Positions 49,501 through 60,984 of a stretch of DNA of 64,000 bases are shown one piece after another; the first letter of the stretch is position 1, and each line of letters opens with the position of its first letter. Under the pieces are notes generated by a model that was not told the DNA's origin, searched no databases, and saw nothing but the letters and a program-made list of their open reading frames with translations. Source of the stretch: Psammoneis japonica (taxonomy: Eukaryota). The stretch lies in the NCBI GenBank assembly GCA_008632985.1, contig QPGO01000085.1, positions 62,001 to 126,000 of the forward strand, written 5' to 3'. A program made the position numbers and the translations under genes.

Positions 49501-50940
49501 GCAGTGAACCACTGCATGCTTTTTGTTTTGGTGCGCGCAATTGTGAAATTTGGCCAGTCTTTGTTGAAGACAAGACCCACCCTCAGAAGCAAAGTTTTTC
49601 TCCCAGAGTTTGTGCTGACTTTGCTTGAATTCTCTGCTTGATGCAATTGTCCTTTGCTGTGGCAGCTTGGGTGCATTGAATCCTCTAAAAAAAAGAAAGC
49701 AATGACCTCATTCTTGTGCAATTTCTCCTTGACCTGTTGTCTCCGGTGTGCATTGCTGCAAAGTGGTGCATTGACCGGCTGACTGCATGAGCTTCTGCTG
49801 CACCCCTCGCAGGGTGCACTGGAAGCATGGGTTGGCCAGTGCCAGTGTTTCTGGGCAAAGGTGCAACAGCACTTAAAATCAGGTTTGAGTTTTTTGCAGC
49901 TTTTGCTGGCTCAGCAGAAGGGTCTCACTTTGCAGGCAACCTGTGACAAGCGCTGGAGCATCCTTTGCCAAAAAATGCCATGCAAAAGCACACCAAAAAC
50001 TTGCTCACAATCTGGTGGTCATGAAAAACATGTGTGAAATTCCAGGGAGCTCATGGTTCATTCAACAACAGGTGGCGCTGATGGGGCTGCTTCTGCACAA
50101 ATGCACAGCCACCTTCTCAGAGTGTCTTGTTGCTTTGTTGGTCCTGTGATTCAGAGCAGGGACAGATGGAGCCAGGCTTTGTTGTTGTTCAGGTGCAAGC
50201 GCTGTGTTCAGTGAACTCAATTTCATGTGCCAAAGTCAACGGTTTTCTTCTCTCGACAACATTTGACATTGTTGACAATGCTGTGATGATCCATGTTGTG
50301 CATTGCAGCCTCAGAGTTGTGCCAGTCTTTTGGGCCCTAAATTCCCCAAACCCACCCTGTGTCAATTGCGGCACTGCCAGGTCCCTGGGGAATGTTCATT
50401 TGCAGGAATGAAAATTTCCCATGCCAACTTGACTTCACACTTGCACTGCACATGACTTGAGGCAAGGACTTGGTTTGATGGGTCATTCTTGCTGCAAACT
50501 CAAGCTCATGTGCGGGGGCAGCATGACAATTTTTGATGCATGCGTGTCAAGAAAAATGCCAAGTTGGCTGCCTTGCATGACCAGCAAGCAACAAAATGTT
50601 GGAGATGGGGAGTCAAGCCAAGTGCTGACTGGGTTGAGACTCCTGGCACAAGATCCAGTTTGAGATGATTTGACAAGCTGTGAGGAGAACCTCCAAAGCC
50701 CAGGAGCTCTCCCAATGTCTGGCACATTGTTGGCTGACATGCATGTGTCAGAGGAGGCATCCTCAACATGAAGCACAAGCAGCAAAAGCCACCCACTCTT
50801 CCCCTGCATGGGTGCATTCCAGCCAGCATTGTTTCCATGCAGGGTGTCTTAGGATCACCTTTGTCACCTCCTGCTGTTGTCTTGTTCTCTTGTGCTTGCT
50901 GCCACGATGCAGCAGCCAATGTTGGTGCAAGAGCCATCTC
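43584..50940. repeat. CpG/TpA-depleted decayed repeat block 3, with internal duplications (about 45745-45910/45925-46100 and 48520-48810/48860-49140)
   Basis: Hand count for 44041-44640 gives 3 TpA and 4 CpG in 600 nt. The duplicated segments share long matches such as cccactggcaacccctgtgtg..gctcttgtgctgatgttgcccttttcagatggcattttg. Confidence 0.85.
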
Positions 50941-50963
50941 AAGAAGGCGTTGCGGGCAAGAAC

Positions 50964-51689
50964 GAAAGTGGTATGACGACGTTGTTCAGAGCCTCACAAG
51001 TGTGATTTGGGTCACATCAAAACATTTTTGACTGGTGCCTCACTCACGAAGCTTTGCAGCCCAGCCGCAGCTCTCGTAGATGCAAGTGAGATCATTACCG
51101 TATTCGATATATCCTATTAAAAATCCTACTCTAGGACACCTTATGCTGTAGCTAGTCTTGACAATTACCGCGCAAAGCTTGATCCATTCGCTTCATGAGA
51201 TCCGGTCGAGAGCTTCTTGTCGCAACGCCAAACGGTGATATTCCGTCGTTATCTTTAAGATTCTCGTCTGCACCGTGCTGCACAAGCTCGTCAAATACCT
51301 TTTNTGCGGCATGATCAACAATGGCTTGGAACAGTCTCTCTGGCTCTCGAAATAAAGAAAGTGGCAAGACGATGTTCAGAGCCTCACAAGTGTGATTGGG
51401 TCCATCAAAACATTTTTGACTAGTGCCTCACTCACGAAGCTTTGCAGCCAGCCGCAGCTCTCGTAGATGCAAGTGAGATCATTACCGTATTCGATATATC
51501 CTATTAAAATCCTACTCTAGGACACCTTATGCTGTAGCTAGTCTTGACAATTACCGCGCAAAGCTTGATCCATTCGCTTCATGAGATCCGGTCGAGAGCT
51601 TCTTGTCGCAACGCCAAACGGTGATATTCCGTCGTTATCTTTAAGATTCTCGTCTGCACCGTGCTGCACAAGCTCGTCAAATACCTTTT
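50964..51689. repeat. Near-identical duplication of about 335 bp (50964-51303 and 51357-51689), with an N at 51304 in the intervening ~50 bp; probable assembly junction
   Basis: Both copies carry the ankyrin gene 3' end and flank, and the only N I saw is at 51304. Confidence 0.75.
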
Positions 51690-52425
51690 CCCACGAGCAA
51701 CATTGTTTCCACGGATAAGCAAAGCTGTCGTTGTAAGGAGCGGCGAAACGCCGTCTTTGTCTTGTATGTTGACTTCTGCCTTTTTGTCGGACAACAAGAC
51801 ATGAGCAAGCTCATGATGTCCCGTACGAGCACACCAATGCAAAGCCGATTTGCCTTCATCGTCCTTGCATTACATCGACCCTGGCCTGAATTAACTTTTG
51901 GGCAATGCGTGCATCTTTCTCATAATCCTGTTTTACTGCTTGGCCTGGCGGAATGGGGTCCGCTAGAATGATCAGTGGGGTCGCACCCCTGCTCGTTGCG
52001 ATCTTCGCATCGGCGTTATGCTCCAACAAGAGCTCAATGATTTCCTCATATCGGTTATTCATGGCAAGGATAAGGGGTGTCTGGCCTAAACCATCCTGCA
52101 CATTCACTTCCGCTCCCGCCTCCAATAGCACCTTGACGATCTTTGCACGGCCAGCCGCACAGGCATAATGCAAGGCACGCATGTTGCTTGGATTATTATT
52201 AATGCTGGCTGCAAATTCCAGAGCACATCCATGGTGCAATAGTTCCTTGACAATAGGAACTAAATCGTCTTCTGGTGCTGTGCTAAAGGCCGCCGCAATG
52301 ATGAGGCCAGTGGCACCTGGACCGTTGTCGCGCCCAAAATTCACGTCGCCGCCATCAGCCAAAAAGCGCCTGATTCCATCCAGATCGGCTTCCAAGACCA
52401 ACTGTAGCAAATTAACTTTAGACAT
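51538..52425 (-). CDS. Ankyrin-repeat protein (frameshifts near 51860 and 51700)
   Basis: ALHYACAAGRAKIVKVLLEAGAEVN, GQTPLILA, GATPL, DKDGVSPL and DNDGISPF ankyrin motifs. Confidence 0.85.
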
Positions 52426-52699
52426 GTTGGTGTAGTTTGTGTTTTAAGGTCGCAAGAAGTAAGTGTCGAAGAATAGAACGTCACGTCACATACAAACGCA
52501 GAGCAACTCGTTTTTTGTTTTTTCATCCTGCGGTTCAACTTGAAACTGTCTTGCCTGTCTGCGCATGCCATGGCGGGCGGGCGTCATGACGTCTGGCGAC
52601 TGGCCGGCCGGGCAGTGCTGTGGTTTTGGCTTACAGTAGAAGGAGCACATGTCACAAGAGACAGCTCTCAGCGCACTTCCCTCTCAGTCTCAGACCACT

Positions 52700-55600
52700 C
52701 TATGTACATGGATGCTAGCATCTTACAATCATGGTGAAGATTGGGCCTCACAAGACCGAGGAGGAGAGGGAAACGAGAAACGAGAGACGTGGGAAGGCGA
52801 GCCGGGTGTGGAGGCTGGCGTCGACACTGCAGACCAGCAACAAGAGGGGAAAGCCCTGTGTGCACAAACCTTTCAAGTGGTCCAAGTCTGCTCCCAATGG
52901 TCTGTCAAGGATCTGATTGTGACAAACAAGCAACAGGACAATGATCTTGTTGCGCCTGCAGCACTGGGTGTGTCAGAACATCACGCTGCTGTTGCCCTGT
53001 GGTCCTCACGCTGATTGTGGGAGCCATCCTTTCAGTGACTGAGTCCTGTGTCAACACCCATGAGCTTGATTTGTGCATCAACAAGGGGGTGCTTGTTCTT
53101 GCTGGTGTTCTGTCTTGTTGACTGTGGGCAGAGCCCCGCGGGCTTTTGTGTCTCCTCTGTTGCTGCTGTGCAGTGTGTGCTCTGCACATGTTGCACCCTT
53201 CATGGGAGGATGGAGCAAGGTGGAGCTTTCAACAGTGGTGCACACAATGATCCTCATGTTTTGTTGCAACATCTCAATGACCACTTGGGCCATGCTGAGG
53301 ATGTGCTCTTGACACTGCAAAAGTGGGTGTTTGTTCAGCAGCCTTGGCAAAAAGAGGTGCTTCTGGTGCAATGAAAGGAGGCCCAGAAGCACAAAAAGGA
53401 AGAGCACCAAAAACAAGGAGGAGCTGCAACAGAAAGTGAAACAAGATCTGGAAAGAGGATTGACACTCAAGAGACTTGCCAAAGCTGTTGCCCAGCAGCT
53501 TTTTTTGTGAGATTTCATGGTGGTGCTGCAATCATCTCTCATGCATGGATTTGCTGAGAAAGCAGGCTTCAGTTGTTGTGTGCCACCAGATGCCACCATC
53601 CTGTGGGAAGTTGGGAGGCCTGCCAGCATTTCATGGCAGTGAGTGGCAGAGTGGATGCAGAGGGGTTCAGAGTGCTGCGCCAAGGAACCAACCAAAGAAT
53701 GTGTGCAGCAACTGACACAACAGCCTGCAGGACAAGTCAAAGGGAGTGCAACATGCTCCTGGATGAAGGAACACAGAGTGTTGGCCTGCAGCATGACAGG
53801 TGACTTTTTCTCTGCTGTGCCATGGGCAGCAGGCCAGCAGCCACACTTGGCACACCAGGGCCAAAGCTTTCCCTCAACCATCTTGCTTGTTGGCTCGCTG
53901 TTCTCAGGTGCCTTCTTTTTCCAATTGGTTGTTGAGCAGCCATTTCCATCATTTTGCTGACCACATCTGTCATCATGGCAGCCAATTCAAGTGCCTCTTG
54001 TGAGAGAACCAAAAGAAGTCAGACATGAGCTGCCCATTGAGACCATGTTCAAAACTGCAGGCAATGCCAAGTGCAGCACATGCAAAGCTGGGACTTGCCT
54101 GTGACCTGCTTCTCTGCCTGTGCCTCAGGTTGATGCAACCACTTTTTGAGAGCAACAACTGCTGGGGTCCCACCAAGCATGCAACAGACTTCAAGGCAGC
54201 ACCCAAAAGGTTTGGGCTGATGGTCCAGACCACCCCTGATGGCCTTGCTGTGCTCTTGACCCAGCCCATGCTGGCAGCACCAGTGAGCTCAGGTCTTCTT
54301 GATGAAGTGGGGGGCAGCACAAGCAGCTCACCTTCTTGGGTGTGAGTCACAACTTAGATGACAAAAAGAGCCAAGAGAAGCAGATGGAACCAAAGGTTGG
54401 GTGAGTTGCTGGTGGGTGGAGAGATGGGTGCAAATCCACCAATGTCAAGAGGGAGACAGAGCAGGTTGAACATGGTGCCAGAAGCACCACGAATGTGAGC
54501 TGCTCTTGCCACAGGAGAAGCCCCTTTTCTTGTGGCAATGGTGCAGATGCATCATGTGATGCTGAAAATCTTCCTTTTCACTGTGCATGGTGGGCCAAAG
54601 AGCAAAGGCAAGCAAGCTTGACAGGTCTTGAGCTGCTTGCGCATGACATGACTCAACTTGTCCGTCACAACATCGATTGCTGAACGGGCCATCAAGGTGG
54701 TCATGTCTGTGCACCCACCATGATGCCATCCATTGGCCAGATGTGCCATTGGCCAATGCTGGCACTCTGGCCTTTCACTGCAAGCCATGCTGTTGCTTTG
54801 CACAGTGCAAAACCCAATTCCTCTGCTGGTTTGAGTGTCCCAGGACTTGTTTGCAAAGACACATTGGCAGCACTTTGACTTCCAAGATTGTCGTGTTGGG
54901 GAGATCCAATTTGTGTGCTCCAAAAGAAAGTGATTGCTGGTGGTGTGTGGTTTTGCCACACACATGCATCAGAGGAGAGGCACCCACCCTCAACATGAAG
55001 CACAAGTGACCAAAGCCACACCCTTGTTCCCCTCCATGTGGTGCAAGTGACCACACTGTAGACCACACGGTTTGGTTGCCAAACTTGAACTCCACAAGGG
55101 AGAAAAGGGAAAAGAAAACCCTCAGCTTGAGCCAGTGTTGCCTGACAAATGTCAATTTGCCCAATGATTTGTGGCACTCCAAACACCAAAAATTCCCATT
55201 GGCACAGACTTGTGCTGCCCCAAATGGACCAACTGCTCAAGCACCCACCAACTTGGCAAAATTCTCAATGGGCTTGGTCAAAACATCTTGCTCAGCTTTA
55301 CAGTCAAAGGGCACCCACTTTGTGATCTGTCATGAAAGGCTCTTGCTTGACAAATGTTGGCAAGCTGCTGAAAAAGTCCAGCTGGTGTGGGGCAAACAAG
55401 TGCTCCTTTCTGACACAGAGGATGGTCTTGCCCATGTTGGAGCTCATCCACACATGCACACAAAACCATTTTTGATGAAGAAAGTGCACAACCCCAACAC
55501 AAAGCATGCGCAAAAAACAAAAATCACATGAAACATCTGCTCTCCTCAAGTGCTTTTGTTTTGCACACAACTGGGGCAAGTTTGGGATGAAAAGCCAAGA

Positions 55601-56230
55601 GGAAAAATGGATGTGAGAGCTGTGCAGCTGGCTGACAAAGCTGTGAGCATCCCTTTTGCCTTCCATTTTGACAAATTTGGAAGCTCATCTCTGTTGGTGG
55701 TTGCACTGCAAGTGATTGCTGGAGAAATTCAAGAGCGTTGTTTTCCATCTGACAAGCAAGTGAGGCTCACAGTCGTGCTTCTACAACAGCAATTTTTTCT
55801 GATTTCTGATGATGCTCTTGCTTTTTGTGCCTCTCCTGCCACTGTCACAGCTTTGTGTGGCCAGCCAGACAAGATCTCTTGCACCTGTGTGTGTGTGCGT
55901 GGGGGGGGGCGAGCTTGCTGCTGCTGCTGCTGACAAACTCTGTGCAAGGATGTTGCTTGCTTTTTCCTCACAGTTTTGTAAAAAAATTATGTCCCACTGA
56001 GCACTTTCTTCTCCAATTGCCTGTGCATGCTGCAAGTTTCTTGTTGCCATTTGTGTGCATCCGAGACCCTCCTGGCAAAGCAGCGCACTTCTCTTTTGTC
56101 TTTTGCAGCCTCTGCCTGGTGCCAGTCAGTGCCAAGACACTTTAAAGAATGGCACACCATGCAGTGCAAGCAGGACAGTTTTATCACAGAACAAGCACCC
56201 TCACCTTGTCTCTTTGTTGTCCATTTTGGG
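52700..56230 (-). mobile_element. CpG/TpA-depleted block 4, containing a decayed Ty1/copia-like gag remnant
   Basis: Minus-strand translation near 53810-53925 gives NWKKKAPENSEPTSKMVEGKLWPWCAKCGCWPAAHGTAE, resembling the zinc-knuckle region of diatom copia gag. The dinucleotide skew matches the other blocks. LTRs were not identified. Confidence 0.6.
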
Positions 56231-56492
56231 TTTACTTTTCCATGCGTTGTGCGTTGTGCGTTGTGGACGGAATTTGCAATGGATTCGCGATTGATGAGAA
56301 CCCAGTCTGTGCGGCCTTCCTTCAACTCGTGATTGGCGAGAGGCGCGTGACAACGTTGTAGACTACTCGTCACGTTTCTGCGACCTCTTGAGTCCCGTGA
56401 GCGAATGCGAACGCATGCAACGAGAACCCTAAAATGAAGTCCGTTTCGAGTGTCGACTCGCCGATCCCATAAAATCACAAACTAACAAAGCC

Positions 56493-57401
56493 ATGCTAAT
56501 TGTTATGAACTACTCTAAGCTCCTCTTCCTTTCCACTCTCTTCCATGTGGTTTCACGGACGAACGCTCAAGGGTGTCCGGATCGAGAAGCGATCTGTGCT
56601 GGGGTGACGATCCCTCCAGACATTGGATCCCCATTCACCGATCACAAATCCCTGCGAAATGCGGTGAGCAGAGGCGATTACATTGGAATAAACTGTTGGG
56701 ATGTTTCCCAAATAACAAGCATGACGTACATGTTCTTTGAGAAAAGGACCTTCAACGAAAACATTGCGTGCTGGGACACCTCCAACGTAAGAAGCATGCG
56801 GCAAATGTTTGTCAACAGCCTCCGATTCAATCAAGACATAAGTAGCTGGAATACATCCCAAGTAACCACCATGTTTCAAATGTTTGATGGTGCCACCGAC
56901 TTCGACCAAGACATTGGCAAGTGGGACGTTTCAAAAGTTACAGACATGGGCGGCATGTTTTCGGACGCGCATGCTTTCAATCAAGACATTAGTTCGTGGG
57001 ACATTTCTTCCGTGATCAACATGAAATACATGTTTGATTTTGCATGGGATTTCAACCAAGATCTTTGTCGGTGGGGAACGATCACTTCAATCCCAGATCA
57101 AACAAGGTTCGAACGAATGTTCCGACAAGCCACTTCATGCCCGTCGCAAGATGAACCCAACATCTCGGCTACTCCCAAGGGCCCATTTTGCACCGAGTGT
57201 CTATTCACGCCGACTTCAAATCCCGACTCTACGCTTGCGCCCAGCACGGTTGATCCCGTTAGCACGCCGCCACCCAGCAGTAGCGTAACTTCCCAAGAAG
57301 GAGCCCAGCCCACCGATCCACCCAGTGACGCTTCTTCCATCGTTCTGCAACTCGTCTCCTTCCTCATGCGTGTAACGATTTTGAGCTTCCATCTCATTTA
57401 A
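56493..57401 (+). CDS. DUF285 (bacterial surface-protein 25-aa repeat) secreted protein with Ser/Thr/Pro stalk and possible GPI signal
   Basis: Signal peptide, five WDxSxVTxMxxMF..FNQDI repeats, S/T/P-rich linker and hydrophobic C-terminus. Confidence 0.88.
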   Translation: MLIVMNYSKLLFLSTLFHVVSRTNAQGCPDREAICAGVTIPPDIGSPFTDHKSLRNAVSRGDYIGINCWDVSQITSMTYMFFEKRTFNENIACWDTSNVRSMRQMFVNSLRFNQDISSWNTSQVTTMFQMFDGATDFDQDIGKWDVSKVTDMGGMFSDAHAFNQDISSWDISSVINMKYMFDFAWDFNQDLCRWGTITSIPDQTRFERMFRQATSCPSQDEPNISATPKGPFCTECLFTPTSNPDSTLAPSTVDPVSTPPPSSSVTSQEGAQPTDPPSDASSIVLQLVSFLMRVTILSFHLI

Positions 57402-57545
57402 ACGGGCAAAAATCAAGCGCTTCCCTTCTTTTGTAGATAACGTGCCTACCTGTTGAGGTACTGGAGTAAAACGAATTCCTTTCCTTGTTATAAGCCCAAC
57501 AATGCCATGCGCTGCAGCTCTTGTCGTATGAGTGCATTCCGTCAT

Positions 57546-58555
57546 CTCTCCGTGCATTTTATCTCGATACCAATCACCCTTGTACTTGGATCGATGGGCG
57601 TCAGTATAAATACCTTTTCCATGAAATACATCTTTTTCCCATGCTCCTTCATATCTAGCGACACACACACACACACAACACGCGCGTCATTCAGATGTAC
57701 AAGTAGATGGTCCTTACTTGTCACCATTGGCATGGGTGTATATGCCATGACCATCAAAATTGCCATTCTTTAAACACCCCTTGAACTCGTCCCTGTGACA
57801 TCAAAACGAAAAAAAAGCTGAATAAGAATGCTCATACCTCTTGGCAGCTAGCTGTACTGTGCTCGAGCATCATCGATCCGTGTGTGCAGGTGATGTATAA
57901 ACAAATTGCTTAGGCCTTACCCATCAGAATACATTATTCTCCCGTGTCCGTGCATGTTATCATTCTTCCATTCTCCTTTGTATATATCCCTAGGAAAGAA
58001 TAAAGATACAATTGTTGTAAGTCTGAACGAATCAAGGCGAATTTCGCAGAAAAGCGTGTTGCATGGTGCACCCATCGTTGTAAGTCATGGTTCCATAACC
58101 TTCGCGATCTCCCACGGAATTAATGGCACCATTGAATGTTCCATCAGAGAATACTTTTTGTGTGTGATGAAGATTACGATGGATCTCATTGGGTGATCGA
58201 ACTGGTTCATCCGCATTCTTTTTTTTTTTTTTTTTTTTCGGCGAATCGGGGTCTGCCGTCCATCAATTGGTCGTCTGGTGTTCCTGGGAGATCTTTTTTT
58301 TTTTTTTTTGCGGCGGAATAATCTCAGCGTTGAACGATAAAGGTTTCTGTGCTTTTCAGATCATCGGCCTGTCCGCCCGTCCATCTATCCGTCCTTCCAT
58401 CTGTCTGCTCGCATCTAATTGGCTGCTTCATCTCCACGTGCAATTTGTATGGAGCTCTACACAAGTACGTCTTCACCACACAACATCACACGGCTGATCG
58501 GCACATCACACAACATCACAAATTCATTTGCAGAACACAGAACAACTCACACCTT
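57546..58555 (-). pseudogene. Truncated duplicate of the 5' half and upstream region of the MORN gene (copy of 42622..43583)
   Basis: Near-identical from ctctccgtgcattttatctcg, through the (CA)n tract, to caactcacacctt. It has an intron deletion, poly-T tracts in the first exon region, and lacks the 3' MORN repeats. Confidence 0.85.
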
Positions 58556-58640
58556 CCTTTCTGCAACTTGTTTTCGACGTGGGGTTGGTTGATATTCCAT
58601 TGCTATTGTTGCTACTGATACTCTAGTTTTACGCGTTTCA

Positions 58641-60716
58641 ATGTTGTTGGGTAGTCGTTTCTGCATTAGTATGGCGTTCCTCTTGGGATTGGTGGCAACT
58701 CGACAAACCGTTGCCTTTTCGACAACGACGACGGCGTTTCGGTCTGCCAATCGGTTGCTTCCGTTGAAATTTTCTTCTTGTCGAGCAACGACAAGAATTT
58801 CACGTCTCGTCATGAGCAGTACAGCAGCATCAGCGGATGTGGAGGAAATTGAACGACAAATCAAAGCAAAAGGTGATGAAATTAGGCATTGAAGCTGACA
58901 ATATCGATAAAGAAAGTTTGGCGCCGCACATTGAGGAATTGTTGGCTCTCAAGGCTCAATTGCCTCAGGATGAAACGAAAGAGGCACCCAAAAAGAAAAA
59001 GAAGCAGCCTCAAAAGAAGAAAGCTCCCCCGAAAAAGGCTCAGAAGAAATGTCGGAATCTGAATTGCGTCAGACACGTCTTGCCAAGGTGGAAGCTATGC
59101 GCGAGGCCCAAATCGAACCGTACGAATACGCCTATCAACCGACTCATTCGGCCATGCAATTACAAAATGAATACGAGGAACGTTTGGAACCTGGACAAGA
59201 AGACGAAGAATCCGACGTGGCTGTGGCAGGACGCATCATGACGCGACGAGTGTTTGGAAAATTAGCATTCTTTACTTGCAGGATGAAACGGGAACTATTC
59301 AATTGCAAATGGAAAAGAAACGTCTAGGCGATACCTTCAAGGTGTGTATCATGTATGCGAATGAATTGCTCTTCTCGGATTTTTTCTTGCTTCGGTGCTG
59401 CTCACAAAATCTTCTCAAATATTTGTAGAATCTCAAAGCATGGACGACGGTGGCGACATTATTGGAGTCAAGGGCACCATTCGTCGAACAGACAAGGGTG
59501 AGCTCAGTGTCTACGCAAAGGAGTGGACCATGCTGACAAAGTCCGCCTTACCTCTCCCAGACAAGTTTCACGGTTTGACGGATATTTCCAAACGATACCG
59601 ATCTCGTCATTTGGATTTGATTGTCAACCCCGATGTGCGTGATACCTTTCGAAAGCGTGCCACCATTACCTCCAGGCTCCGTCGTATTTTGGATGATAAG
59701 GGTTTCTTGGAAATTGAAACGCCCGTTTTGCACTCACAGAGTGGTGGTGCCGAAGCAAAGCCGTTTGAAACCTTTCACAATTCCATGGGGCTGGATTTGA
59801 CACTCCGTATTGCCACGGAACTTCATCTCAAGAGACTCATTGTGGGAGGATTCAATCGCGTCTACGAGTTGGGACGTATCTTTCGTAACGAAGGAATATC
59901 AACTCGTCATAATCCTGAGTTCACATCCGTGGAACTTTATCAAGCATATGCGGACTACAATGACATGATGGATTTGACAGAGGAGTTGATTTGTGGTGAG
60001 TGAATAGTGTCACATTCCAAGTGCTCCCCTCTTCGGGTGTTCCTCTGCTTCTACTCACAGCTGTTTTTTATACATAAGGTGTTGCGGAAAGCGTTTGCGA
60101 TTCTCTCACCATGCCATATGGTGAGCACACGGTCGAGCTCGATCGTCCCTGGAGACGCGTCACAATGCACGACATTGTCAGGGAATCCATGCCGGACTTT
60201 GATTTTGCTTCCCTCGATCTCGAGGATCCAGAGTCACTTATTTTAGCCAAGGCAGCGGCTGCAGAGGCTGGGGTGCCTAACGTTGCCGATTTACCCAGTG
60301 TTGGTTATGTTCTCAACGCTTGTTTCGAAGAGCTCTGTGAGCCCAAGTTGATTCAGCCGACCTTTGTCATTGACTATCCTGTCGAAGTAAGTCCGCTGGC
60401 AAAGCCACACAGAAATAAACCGGGTTTGGTCGAACGCTTTGAGCTCTTTGCGGTGGGAAGGGAATTGGCAAATTCTTTTAGCGAACTAACAGATCCGGTG
60501 GATCAGAGAGAACGCTTTGAAGAACAGGCAGCGAAAAAGGCAGCCGGCGACGAAGAGGCTTGTGACGTGGATGAAGACTTTTTGTTGGCGTTGGAGCAAG
60601 GAATGCCACCAACGGGTGGTCTTGGAATTGGAATTGATCGACTGATTATGCTCTTGACCGATTCGCCGTCCATACGAGATGTCATTGCGTTCCCTCTGTT
60701 GAAACCCGATTCGTAG
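58641..60716 (+). CDS. KARS: Organellar class II lysyl-tRNA synthetase with N-terminal WHEP-like helix-turn-helix; introns near 59342-59428 and 59996-60078, several frameshifts
   Basis: Bipartite presequence (TVA-FST), [71 protein letters not shown] and [15 protein letters not shown]. Confidence 0.95.
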
Positions 60717-60984
60717 CAACATTTGTTTTGAAGTAACGATACGTTGTACTAATGGGGCGTCTTACATGTTATCTTCCTAATTAGGAGTATTCATTACGAT
60801 GCTTGATCCACTGCCGCAAACCAGAATGATGATCGCCCCTTCATCATTCGTCTCTAATTGAGACAGAATACTGCTCAGTAAGTTTTCCTGTACTGATTTA
60901 GGAAAGTCAGACAAAAGTCTGTAGCAGTTGCATGGCATCGAATGGTGAATCAAAGGTGGTGTATATTGTTATTCGGCATTCCAT

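Noticed and set aside
43584..50940. Dozens of overlapping Cys/His/Gln/Trp-rich ORFs here and in the other three blocks
   Set aside because: By-product of TpA loss, which removes TAA/TAG stops, and of TG/CA excess. They show no domain signal.
50964..51689. Biological tandem duplication of the ankyrin 3' end
   Set aside because: The copies are near-identical and flank an N, so a scaffold or haplotype overlap artefact is more likely.
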